In this document: positions 18,846 to 27,829 of the stretch, piece by piece
Layout: each line of letters opens with the position of its first letter
Position numbering within the stretch: position 1 is the stretch's first letter
Source: a virus
IMG/VR virus record: IMGVR_UViG_3300032242_001644
Span: 1 to 64,000 of that record
Length of the DNA stretch: 64,000 nucleotides
Direction: 5' to 3' (one strand)
Notes under the pieces: generated by a model
The model's database searches: none
What the model was told of the DNA's origin: nothing
Seen by the model: only the letters and a program-made list of their open reading frames with translations
Translations under genes and position numbers: made by a program

Positions 18846-19085
18846 TTAATCTTCGTCTTCGTAATAGTCTAAATCTTCTTCTTCTTCTGCGTCACTGCCG
18901 TCAATTGCATACTCAATAGCAGCATCAAGATGACTGTCAACGCCAATAAGTCCTTCTAGAACAGATTCTTTTACTCCGTTATCAAGTAGGACATTGATAA
19001 AATCATATGCAATATCTTTCTTGGCCTTTTCAGGTACGTGTTCAATAAATGTATTCCAAATATCTGCAATCAAATCTTCTTTCAT
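18846..19085 (-). CDS. Small acidic protein
   Basis: 79 aa with a D/E tail, between uvsX and uvsY. Confidence 0.75.
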   Translation of the reverse strand: MKEDLIADIWNTFIEHVPEKAKKDIAYDFINVLLDNGVKESVLEGLIGVDSHLDAAIEYAIDGSDAEEEEDLDYYEDED

Positions 19086-20158
19086 TATGCGACCTCCGTT
19101 TCTCCGTCAGTAATAGTTATCTCAACAGGTGTTTTTTCACCAAACTTAACAATCTCGTCCATCATGATAGTAAGACCGTCTTTCTCGTTCTTTTCCCATG
19201 CTTTACGGAACTGTTTGATAATTTCGCCATCTGCTGTAGTGTAGACAAGACTGTTACCTTCTTTCTTAAGCATCCCTTTAGCTTCAAACAAGTCGACTAA
19301 TCCGCTATACGGACTCATACCTGTTTCATATGGAATTTCAACTTGTACACTTTCAAAAGGCTTTGCGTAACGAGTTTTCATAATCTTACAGGCTGCACGA
19401 ATACCGTTAACAGTTGTAGTCTTGTTACCGTCTGCGTCTGTTTTTAACTTTAACTTACGCATGGCAATAACAATACTGCTAGCATAGATGAAACCTTGAC
19501 CACCTGAAATTTTATCATCTGGATCGAACATATCTTGACTTGCGTAAGTGTGATTTGTACAAACCATACCTACATTGTAACTACCAAACATGTTTACACA
19601 GTTACGAACAAGACTGGTCAATGCCTTAGGCTTACGGCCCATGTCACCTTTCATTTCGCCTGCTTCAAACTGATTAACGTCTGTAGGAGTCAACAACATA
19701 CCCAATGAATCAATCACAAACATAACCTTAGGACGAGTTTCCTCCGGCATCAATTTGTATTCTTTCATGAACTCACTAATAGTACGAGCAACGTCATCGA
19801 TCATAGCCATGTTAAGTTTTAACAACTTGTCTTCACTAGTATCAACGCCCAATGCCTTGAGCCATGCTTCATCTAGAGCGTTTTCGCTATCAACAAGTAC
19901 AACATAAATTCCTTGTTCTTGAGCATGTTTAATCAAGTTACCTGAGCAGATATACGATTTACCTGCACCAGACTCACCTGCTAATACTGTTACCTTACCA
20001 AGTGGAACACCTTTGTTAAAGTCTCCGCTGATAAGATAGTTCAAGGCATAATTGCCAGTACTCACCCAATCTGTTGGATCATTAAATCCAACACCTAACC
20101 CTTCAATTGATTTGGTTAGGGTCTTTCTAAATTTTGTAATATCAAATGCTTTTGTCAT
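19085..20158 (-). CDS. uvsX: UvsX/RecA-like recombinase
   Basis: GESGAGKS, DSENA, VIDSLG, DMG, NHTY, SGG. Confidence 0.92.
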   Translation of the reverse strand: MTKAFDITKFRKTLTKSIEGLGVGFNDPTDWVSTGNYALNYLISGDFNKGVPLGKVTVLAGESGAGKSYICSGNLIKHAQEQGIYVVLVDSENALDEAWLKALGVDTSEDKLLKLNMAMIDDVARTISEFMKEYKLMPEETRPKVMFVIDSLGMLLTPTDVNQFEAGEMKGDMGRKPKALTSLVRNCVNMFGSYNVGMVCTNHTYASQDMFDPDDKISGGQGFIYASSIVIAMRKLKLKTDADGNKTTTVNGIRAACKIMKTRYAKPFESVQVEIPYETGMSPYSGLVDLFEAKGMLKKEGNSLVYTTADGEIIKQFRKAWEKNEKDGLTIMMDEIVKFGEKTPVEITITDGETEVA

Positions 20159-20175
20159 AATAGATCCCTAGTGTG

Positions 20176-20206
20176 AAAGAAGTGTGGGGAGAACCCCCAC
20201 ACTTTT
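20176..20206 (-). terminator. Hairpin or intrinsic terminator after gp32
   Basis: AAGTGTGGGG/CCCCACACTT stem followed by CTTTC on the minus strand. Confidence 0.65.
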
Positions 20207-20213
20207 AAGTCAA

Positions 20214-21221
20214 TTACTCTGACTTGTTACGATTGCGAATCATTGCAAGAATGTCTTGCGCACGACTTGCTTGACCGTCACCTGCCGGAGCACTAGGCGC
20301 TGCCGCTGGGGCTGCTTTTGCTACTACTGGTTCGTCATATTCGTCGTCAACTGGAGCTGCTGTTGGCGCTACAGTACGAGCCGCACCAGCAGTAGATGCT
20401 GAGCCGCTACGACCAACTGGATCACCAGTTGCTGAACCCAATCCTGCTGGCTTGAAGTATTGACCCCAACGATCTAGGTCATATGCTTCGCCGTCAACTG
20501 ATGCTTCGAACATTTCTTTCATAACTTTCAATTCAACATCTGTAGGCTTCTTAGGCAAGAAGTCCATCAGGTTAAACAAGCCATGTTCAGCAATTGCCTG
20601 CTGTTCAATATCGCTCAATGCACGTTCACGACGGCTCCACTTACTAGTAGAGTAGTCAGCATATCCGCCTTTGCTAGTTTTAGCAATACGGAAATCAACA
20701 CCACGCAAGAAGTCTGTTGGCAATTCTTCCAACTCTGGATCCATCAATGCTGAACGGATGATCTGATAAATCTGAGGTCCGATAATAAATCTACGGATAG
20801 GGTTTGCTGGTGCGTTGTCTTCTTTCAATGGATCATCAACGATGAAACCTTGGAATACATAACTACGCTTTTTCCAATACTTACGACCCATCTCTTCTAG
20901 ACTCTTGTCTTTAAACCAACCGCGAACTTCGCTGAGGATTGGACAAGTTTCATTCCACATTTCAACGCAAGGTACTTGTACCTGCACTGGACGTGAATCG
21001 GTCTGACCTTTAACGCCCGCGAACGGAAGTTTGATCATGGCTCGTTCAGCCCAGAAGAATGTGTTGTTTGGATCTTTGTCTGGAAGAAAGCGGACTACTG
21101 CTTCTTTGTTTTCGTCCATGTTCCAGTGTGGATAGATAGCGTTGTCGCCACCTTTTGATTCGCCGGATTTACCGGTTTGTGCTTGTTGAAGTTTAGCACG
21201 GATTTCTGCGAGTGATGCCAT
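20214..21221 (-). CDS. gp32: Single-stranded DNA-binding protein (gp32-like)
   Basis: VRFLP, CVE...CPI, YWKKRSY, DF.I.K...YADYSTSKW; strong SD GGAGG. Confidence 0.88.
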   Translation of the reverse strand: MASLAEIRAKLQQAQTGKSGESKGGDNAIYPHWNMDENKEAVVRFLPDKDPNNTFFWAERAMIKLPFAGVKGQTDSRPVQVQVPCVEMWNETCPILSEVRGWFKDKSLEEMGRKYWKKRSYVFQGFIVDDPLKEDNAPANPIRRFIIGPQIYQIIRSALMDPELEELPTDFLRGVDFRIAKTSKGGYADYSTSKWSRRERALSDIEQQAIAEHGLFNLMDFLPKKPTDVELKVMKEMFEASVDGEAYDLDRWGQYFKPAGLGSATGDPVGRSGSASTAGAARTVAPTAAPVDDEYDEPVVAKAAPAAAPSAPAGDGQASRAQDILAMIRNRNKSE

Positions 21222-21278
21222 TTTTGTATGCCTCCTATAGCCTTAAATAAAAATGTGTTATGCCTAATGCACATATGT

Positions 21279-21307
21279 AGTATGCGCTTTCTATTTAGTA
21301 AAGTCAA
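21279..21307 (-). promoter_or_regulatory. Nested sigma70 and late promoters of gp32
   Basis: TTGACT-17 nt-CATACT with TAAATA (21292-97) inside the spacer. Confidence 0.6.
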
Positions 21308-21345
21308 TGATAATGCTATCTAAATCTGAATATATTTCTACCAAT

Positions 21346-21379
21346 AAAAAAGCCCTAACGCTTTCACGCTTGGGCTTTT
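21346..21379 (-). terminator. Intrinsic terminator
   Basis: AAAAGCCC...GGGCTTTTTT. Confidence 0.75.
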
Positions 21380-21639
21380 CTATATGCTGCCATTGCTAGT
21401 TCTCTAGCTTGAGCCAATCTATTCATAACATAGTCACTCAACGGAGCATCATCGTCTTCGTGTACTACTTTACCAAACTTATCAGCTTGTCGATTACGAC
21501 CAAATGTGACCTCATCGTCTATTATGAGGTCATCATTGTCATCTAGATTACTTAGCGACTGAGGCTTTAACTTCAGCTTTTGGTTCGACTTTCGTTGCAG
21601 GCTTGGCTGCTTCGCTTTTAGTGGCCTCGGCTTTCTTTT
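21364..21639 (-). other. Start-less 91-codon reading frame in the +1 frame of the 21548..21778 gene
   Basis: Ends ...LDDNDDLIIDDEVTFGRNRQADKFGKVVHEDDDAPLSDYVMNRLAQARELAMAAYRKAQA*; no ATG/GTG/TTG in its first 65 codons. Confidence 0.5.
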
Positions 21640-21778
21640 CTACTTTTGCAGTCTTGTTAGGTGCAGGTGAAGCGGTTACAGCAGGAGCGGCAGCTGGTGT
21701 AGCCGGAGCCTTAGCTGGTTCTGTAGCGAAAGCAGTTGCAGCAACCAAAGTTGCGATTAGAGTTGCGATTAATTTCAT
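21548..21778 (-). CDS. Secreted Ala/Pro/Lys-rich small protein
   Basis: Sec signal MKLIATLIATLVAATAFA; SD AAGGA; low-complexity mature part. Confidence 0.8.
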   Translation of the reverse strand: MKLIATLIATLVAATAFATEPAKAPATPAAAPAVTASPAPNKTAKVEKKAEATKSEAAKPATKVEPKAEVKASVAK

Positions 21779-21863
21779 TTTAAAGTTTCCTTTAGGTTAT
21801 ACACAAGAACCTTCCTGTGTACATATATAACGCTGTAGCTCAAGGAAACGTTTACACCTAGTC

Positions 21864-21887
21864 AAAAGAAAAGGCACCAAAGTGCCC
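21864..21887 (-). terminator. Intrinsic terminator
   Basis: GGCAC-TTTG-GTGCC followed by TTTTCTTTT. Confidence 0.6.
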
Positions 21888-21906
21888 AATCTTTAAGTTT
21901 TTAATT

Positions 21907-23631
21907 TTACATGCCTGATAGTGCTTTAATACGTGCTAGTTCTTGTATCTCTGGATTCTCAACTGCCTGTGCTGGTGCAAGTTTTTCACACCAAGAGCGA
22001 GTCGCTTGTTCAGCTTGCTCACCAAATTTCTTACCTACCATGATCGCAATACGTTCTGGCGGAGTTGCAAATGTATTAGATGAGTGATCATAATGCGATT
22101 TAATAAACTCCGCTAACTTTTTAACATCCACAGGACCTGGCTCTTCGCCCATGCTTTCTTGCGGAACTTCTGCTGCTGCCGCTGGTACGGCCGCTGGTGC
22201 TTCTGGCGCTGTTATATCACCTCCTGGGGCAGTCGCCGGCGTCTCACCTTGCTCTTCTGGTGAGTAATCACCAAAATCTAATTCTTGTAGGACATCGGGG
22301 GCATGTTCTTCAAGCCATGTGTGTACTAAGCCTCTTACATCATATGTAGAATCTTTGCTTTTTTCTACTTCTAGTTTAATTTCTTTTTCTAGAATAGGAT
22401 CATTAATAATGCCTTTTAAACTCTGGATGGCATTAAGTCCATCGTCACCCGCTGGGAATGCTTCGCTAACTAACGGCTGTAATTGTCTAATAGCGGCATC
22501 GCGTTGTTCTGGGTCTTGGATAGCACTAGTTTCACCTAGTCCCATTACCCATGATTCAAACTTGTCAAAATCAGTGACTTCAATATCTTCTTCTATCTCT
22601 TCAGAATTCATTTGTTCAGTAGATGTCATGGCGACTATGTCGTCGTAGCCTACGTCGGACGCTTCTTTCATGAGTCTGTAGATCACTGGAAATACAGATG
22701 CAATGTCCTCTTTGAAATTCTTAACTGTAAATTTGTCTGTGTAATCAGCGATTACATCTTCTGGAATTTCTTCTTGAATGTTTGCCTGGAAAGACTCTTT
22801 GTATGCTTGGTAGTGGCTTTGTTTTGCTAACTTAGCTAGGGTTTCGCGTAGCTTGTTTAAGTGGCCTTGACTGCGTTCAACGATACCATTTGTATCGCTA
22901 TTCATTAGATCGTTACGCACAACATAATTACTAAAACTTCTTAATTGAGCAATTTCTTCACTCATGCCTACAATGCTCTTGCCTATGTCGTCATATGGTG
23001 CGCCACCATTGGCCACGTGACGTTGCATGGCACGGGCACCTGCCAAGTGGATGAAAGGATATTTAAAACGCTCCCCGTCACCGTTCTCAACAAACAATGC
23101 TGAGATGTTTCTGCTTCTAGCACCAGGAGTCATTTCTTCTGGTAGTGCATTTTTATGTTTAATAATTAACCGTGTGTTTTCAAGTTTCTGAAAACTGGTT
23201 TTATTTGTACCGTACATTGCTGCTTCACTCATAATACTTTCTCCGACTTGGGCGTTGTTCTGACTTAGGAATTTAAAATCATTTTTATCTAGATTATCTT
23301 TGGCAATGTCTCTAGTGTCAAACGACAGTAGACGACTTTTTGCAAACATACGTAATTCTTTTAAGAAATCGTACCATTCATTTTTTTGTACAGGATCCAT
23401 ATCTTCTGCTAGGTTATCGCTGTAGTAAACTTTCATGCTACCGTTTTCTGCAAGACTAATACTAACATGCCCAATTGGTGTTTCACCGTGCATATAGTCA
23501 AAGTCGAAGAATGCCGCTTCCTCGGGATTGATAGTCACTTGTCCGTCGGGTGCGCCTAGTGTTAGCCCTGTAAATCTACTTCGAATTTTGTAGAATAGGT
23601 CTGTGCTAATTGATTTAATCGTGTTTTCCAT
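21907..23631 (-). CDS. Large acidic, probably head-associated protein
   Basis: 574 aa, downstream of terminase, with TAAATA; ends ELARIKALSGM. Confidence 0.55.
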   Translation of the reverse strand: MENTIKSISTDLFYKIRSRFTGLTLGAPDGQVTINPEEAAFFDFDYMHGETPIGHVSISLAENGSMKVYYSDNLAEDMDPVQKNEWYDFLKELRMFAKSRLLSFDTRDIAKDNLDKNDFKFLSQNNAQVGESIMSEAAMYGTNKTSFQKLENTRLIIKHKNALPEEMTPGARSRNISALFVENGDGERFKYPFIHLAGARAMQRHVANGGAPYDDIGKSIVGMSEEIAQLRSFSNYVVRNDLMNSDTNGIVERSQGHLNKLRETLAKLAKQSHYQAYKESFQANIQEEIPEDVIADYTDKFTVKNFKEDIASVFPVIYRLMKEASDVGYDDIVAMTSTEQMNSEEIEEDIEVTDFDKFESWVMGLGETSAIQDPEQRDAAIRQLQPLVSEAFPAGDDGLNAIQSLKGIINDPILEKEIKLEVEKSKDSTYDVRGLVHTWLEEHAPDVLQELDFGDYSPEEQGETPATAPGGDITAPEAPAAVPAAAAEVPQESMGEEPGPVDVKKLAEFIKSHYDHSSNTFATPPERIAIMVGKKFGEQAEQATRSWCEKLAPAQAVENPEIQELARIKALSGM

Positions 23632-23645
23632 GGTAATATATTTAT

Positions 23646-25238
23646 TTAAAATCCAGAACTAAAGAACGGCATTGGAAGTTGTTCTTCCGTTAATCTTTCA
23701 GACATTTTGTCATAGATTTGTGGATCCCAATCTGCTAGTACATCTGCCATACGTATGCACAATAGCATGGCCATAACTAGGTCGTCGTGCTCGCCTGTTT
23801 TTGCACCAAATCCAACACCATGCGCTACGAATGTTTTTAATTCGGACAACAGGGGTTTAGAGTATATCTGCATTCTACGTGTTTCAATTAGACTCTTGAA
23901 TTTAGAACATGCTGTAATCTTACTGCGATGTGTGGTGTTAAAGCCCTTACGGAATTTACGTATATGGCCCTTGCGTATTGGCTCACTTAGGAATAGCCCA
24001 TTAATCGATTCTTCGCCAAGGTCCTTAATGACTACCAGTGCTGCTTCACCAATTGAGTTGTTTTCAACACTGTAATAGATATTAGACGCACTGCCAGCGC
24101 CACCTTTTTCCACCATCTGATCATTAATGTATTTTGTGATATCGCGTAGATGTCGAACTTGAGATTGGATAGGTGTTAGATTATGTCGCCATTCTGCCAC
24201 CTGTTTCATTGTGGGCATTTCAAATACTTGAATAGCGGCATAGTCACCGCCTGTACCTAGACTAGGATCTAATGCCACAAGGTACGTGCATTTGGGATCA
24301 ATTTCTTTGTACCAACGAGTTTGTCCCATAGTCATAATAGGATCAACACCTTTCATTTCAGATAGGTGTATGGTGTTGATTAGTGTTTCGTCGAAGATTA
24401 AGAATTCACAATCAAACTCACGACGGAAACGTTCTTCACCAATTTTGGCACGCTCAACGTTGGCCCATGCTTCGTCACGGAAAGGATTTTCACTCCAGTG
24501 TGCAAAGAAAGGAAAGAATCCATTTACACCTAGCTCAGTTTCGTTTCCATGTTCGTCAAACTTTCTATTAGCTTCTGTCCAGATTAGAGCAAATTGATCT
24601 TCATCACTGTTTGGTGTCGATGTAATCATACACTTACCACCTGTTGACAGCGTAGGACTTAATGCTGTCCAGAATTCTTTGGCTTTTTCTGGCGGTTGTA
24701 CGAATGCAAACTCATCACAATAAATTAGTGAAAGGGATTTACCACGACCGGTATTTTCTGTTGTGGTAGTTGCTTGAATACGTGCGCCATTATCGTATTC
24801 GATAGTATTTCTGTTATATGAGTAAACACCGGCACGAATAAAGTCCGGCAAATTTTCGTAACCAAAACGGTAACGATTCATAATATCCTGCGCACCTTCA
24901 TATTTGTGAGCAGCGATTAGTACTTGACATTCTGGTATAAACATTGTATACCATAACAGATAACCAGTAGCGCAAGTAGTTTTACCCATCTGGCGCGGTA
25001 ACATGGCAATGCTATCTTTGTGATTATGATACGATTGAATTAATCGTTCTTGATATTCGTACGGCTCAAAGGGGATAGCACCTCGAACCGGGTGTTGAAT
25101 CTTTAGAAACGTTTTACAAAAATATAAAGGCCCATCTACCGGATCCATACACTTTTCAAGATGTTGAATCTCTTCTAAAGTATATTTCTGTTTGGCGTGG
25201 GCCTTTTTAATTAAGACGCCATCGAGGCTTTTACTCAT
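23646..25238 (-). CDS. gp17: Terminase large subunit
   Basis: YQ motif, PRQMGKT, LIYCDE, TSTPN, ALDPS, HDDLV. Confidence 0.93.
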   Translation of the reverse strand: MSKSLDGVLIKKAHAKQKYTLEEIQHLEKCMDPVDGPLYFCKTFLKIQHPVRGAIPFEPYEYQERLIQSYHNHKDSIAMLPRQMGKTTCATGYLLWYTMFIPECQVLIAAHKYEGAQDIMNRYRFGYENLPDFIRAGVYSYNRNTIEYDNGARIQATTTTENTGRGKSLSLIYCDEFAFVQPPEKAKEFWTALSPTLSTGGKCMITSTPNSDEDQFALIWTEANRKFDEHGNETELGVNGFFPFFAHWSENPFRDEAWANVERAKIGEERFRREFDCEFLIFDETLINTIHLSEMKGVDPIMTMGQTRWYKEIDPKCTYLVALDPSLGTGGDYAAIQVFEMPTMKQVAEWRHNLTPIQSQVRHLRDITKYINDQMVEKGGAGSASNIYYSVENNSIGEAALVVIKDLGEESINGLFLSEPIRKGHIRKFRKGFNTTHRSKITACSKFKSLIETRRMQIYSKPLLSELKTFVAHGVGFGAKTGEHDDLVMAMLLCIRMADVLADWDPQIYDKMSERLTEEQLPMPFFSSGF

Positions 25239-25253
25239 GTACGTCCTTGAATA

Positions 25254-25907
25254 TTACTTGGTTTTGTATTGCTGATACAGATTAGCCAACCCTTCTCTAA
25301 TTGACTCAACACTCTCCATACCCATTGGATTATCACCTTGCTTGTAACTATGCTTGTGCATGGTCTGCTGACGGCCTAAACCACCTGACAACTTGTTGAC
25401 CATGAAGTCAGTGTCTTGATACTCTGGATCAGGAGTCGTAGATGCATCATATGCACCTTCTTTTTCCATTTCATCTTCTTCAGATTCGTGATCAGTACTT
25501 AGTTCGATGTCATCATTGCCGTCGCCGTCGATATCAATACCTATCTCTTTTTCACCACCAAGGTCAACACCGTCAATATCGTGTGTTGCATCATGATTTG
25601 GTTCATCAGTAACAGCTGGCAACATTTCTGGTTTATCACCCATTGAGCTGATGCTGGCAATGTGCGGTTCAGAAGTCAATGCTGGCATTGCTGGACCTTT
25701 CTGGCTAATCATATCAGGATTAACTTTGGTCATTAATTTTAATAGACTTTCAATGTTGTCCATTCCTTGAGCATTTAAATTAACACTCATTGATGGGTGT
25801 GATGGAGGCATTTGGCCGCCTTCTGTCCATTGACCCATGTCACCACATTCTGCAATAACTGGTTTGTCTAGGTCATAAATTTTCTTGTATAATTCGTTGA
25901 AGTTCAT
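25254..25907 (-). CDS. Acidic, probable prohead core or internal protein
   Basis: Acidic, low complexity; located in the head module. Confidence 0.5.
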   Translation of the reverse strand: MNFNELYKKIYDLDKPVIAECGDMGQWTEGGQMPPSHPSMSVNLNAQGMDNIESLLKLMTKVNPDMISQKGPAMPALTSEPHIASISSMGDKPEMLPAVTDEPNHDATHDIDGVDLGGEKEIGIDIDGDGNDDIELSTDHESEEDEMEKEGAYDASTTPDPEYQDTDFMVNKLSGGLGRQQTMHKHSYKQGDNPMGMESVESIREGLANLYQQYKTK

Positions 25908-25918
25908 AGTACGATTCC

Positions 25919-26506
25919 TTATTCGTTTTCTGGCAGCTTGTTTTGATGCGATCCTACTGGACTAGAAGTTTTACTTCCATAGTCTGGTCCTGCATCCTTT
26001 GCGCCTGCCTTAACGTCCTTCTGACCTAGGTCTTTTTTACGTTGCTTGGATGCTTTGTCTAAATCTTTTAAGAAACTCTTATTGTATGCATCGCCAAAAT
26101 AGTTTTTAAACTTTTCGCCTTTTTCATACGGAGTATCTAATAATGCCTTTGCATTAGTTTTTGCACTTGGATCATAATTAATATCTGCTTCATTAGCACC
26201 ACGAACGCGAATGTGTGCTTCATGCATGCCAAAATCAGCTACTAACATGTTTACAATTTCTGGACTAATAATTGGATAGTCCAGATCTACTTCGTACATG
26301 GTAACAGATGCATTTTTTACTTCTGGAAAATCCATTGGACTTTCTTGTACAGGAGTAGTTTTAGTCTTTTCAAATCTGCAAACACTGTATTTTTCCAATG
26401 CGGCTTTAAATTTAGCTTCAAAGCCCTCAGGAATAGGACATGCGATTTTAATTTTAAAAGGGTAAACCTTTTTGCTTTCGGTGAGATATTCTTTTAGGGT
26501 TTTCAT
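25919..26506 (-). CDS. Probable head internal protein
   Basis: N-terminus MKTLKEYLTE resembles the T4 capsid-targeting sequence; TAAATA at 26512-17. Confidence 0.55.
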   Translation of the reverse strand: MKTLKEYLTESKKVYPFKIKIACPIPEGFEAKFKAALEKYSVCRFEKTKTTPVQESPMDFPEVKNASVTMYEVDLDYPIISPEIVNMLVADFGMHEAHIRVRGANEADINYDPSAKTNAKALLDTPYEKGEKFKNYFGDAYNKSFLKDLDKASKQRKKDLGQKDVKAGAKDAGPDYGSKTSSPVGSHQNKLPENE

Positions 26507-26517
26507 AGTTGTATTTA

Positions 26518-26994
26518 TTATTTTCCGCCCAGTTTTTTCATTAATTCGTTACGGTCAATGTGTACAAAGCCCGCACCATTAATGATGTTTTCCCCGGCGC
26601 TTTCCGGAGTATCACGGTCAATCTTAAGTTTCTTTAACTGTAGATCAACAACTTTTAACTTTTTATCAAACTTGGCTGCTTTGGCGTCAATAGCATTTTT
26701 CAGCATGCCGCCTGCTACTTCGAATATACGCCCACTATAGCGCACTTCTACATTCATGCCTAGATCCATTAGGTCATCATAGGCTGCTTCTGCCTTGTCT
26801 GCTAGTCTATCTAGTTCCTGATCGCCCATCATTTCGAGGCCATCTAAACTGGGTAAACTTTTGGATATTCTATCAACTTCCTGAAAACTCTGTTCTAAAC
26901 TACGTACATCTTCTTTGCTGTCAACAGGAACTGCTTCTACTTTAGTTGGAGTAGAATCGTCAAGATTGAATAATGTTTCTAGTTTCTTTGTCAT
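26518..26994 (-). CDS. Possible terminase small subunit
   Basis: 158-aa helical protein near terminase; position and size only. Confidence 0.4.
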   Translation of the reverse strand: MTKKLETLFNLDDSTPTKVEAVPVDSKEDVRSLEQSFQEVDRISKSLPSLDGLEMMGDQELDRLADKAEAAYDDLMDLGMNVEVRYSGRIFEVAGGMLKNAIDAKAAKFDKKLKVVDLQLKKLKIDRDTPESAGENIINGAGFVHIDRNELMKKLGGK

Positions 26995-27005
26995 AAAACT
27001 ACTTA

Positions 27006-27443
27006 TCAGCGTTTGGCACCTTGGTGAAAAATATCATTCTCATTTACGACCCTGAAGACGAGCCCTTGCTGTTTGCACCAAGCGGTTGCTGCTTCCCATT
27101 TGGCAAGATTCTTGATATATTGCTCTTGGTTGTACTTACTCTTACCAACTTGCTCTCTAAAGGTTTGACTAGCGGGTTTAACTTCGATAACTTCTGCATG
27201 TTTTTTTCCATTTTTATCTGCATACACCATGAAGAAGTCCGGAACGTAGATTGTATATCTACCAGTTAACGGATCCTGATAGGGTATTTGTATGCTTTCG
27301 CTTGCCCAATTTAATACACCGGGATTTTCATCAAGCATACGCATAAACACAAACTCCCAGGAACTGCGTGCCAAGGGAGTTTTCTTTCCTACATATTTGT
27401 CGGGATTCTTCATATCGAAGCGTCCCTGGGCGAATTTAGCCAT
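27006..27443 (-). CDS. gp4: Head completion nuclease (T4 gp4, TnsA-N-like)
   Basis: NPDKYVG, RSSWE, WASE, YVPDF, IEVKP, N.AKW.AA. Confidence 0.88.
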   Translation of the reverse strand: MAKFAQGRFDMKNPDKYVGKKTPLARSSWEFVFMRMLDENPGVLNWASESIQIPYQDPLTGRYTIYVPDFFMVYADKNGKKHAEVIEVKPASQTFREQVGKSKYNQEQYIKNLAKWEAATAWCKQQGLVFRVVNENDIFHQGAKR

Positions 27444-27829
27444 TACTGTACAATATTTCTTGTTTGGTTATATTTGTCAACACTGGCAATTTTAAATCCT
27501 AATGTAGACGAGTTGGACCTGTTGTTATTTAATATTTCTCCAACTAGTGCAGATAATTGTATACCTTCAAAATTCTTCAATGTATCTAATAATTTAAAGA
27601 CTGGCATTGAATCAATCTTTGCCTGTTTTAACAAAACCATTCCCGTGGTCTGTGCGGCCTGATCCCCAAACCCCTTACTGGTAAAAAATCCAATAACTGC
27701 ATCGACATCGGCGCCTGCAAACACCAGCGGTACTTGACCGTATTGATCAAAATATAATTTTGTACCAGCGGCACTATCATTAGGAGTTGCCCAAGGTAAA
27801 TTAGTTTTAGTTGTGCTCATCCGTACCAT
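27443..27829 (-). CDS. Hypothetical structural-module protein
   Basis: 128 aa; the start may be 27820. Confidence 0.65.
   Translation of the reverse strand: MVRMSTTKTNLPWATPNDSAAGTKLYFDQYGQVPLVFAGADVDAVIGFFTSKGFGDQAAQTTGMVLLKQAKIDSMPVFKLLDTLKNFEGIQLSALVGEILNNNRSNSSTLGFKIASVDKYNQTRNIVQ

Noticed and set aside
21364-21550. tmRNA-like tag frame (DDNDD...A*)
   Set aside because: No tRNA-like acceptor or T-arm ends, and the frame is far longer than a tag.
23646-25238. Intein or intron in terminase, helicases or UvsX
   Set aside because: Sizes are normal and motifs are contiguous.
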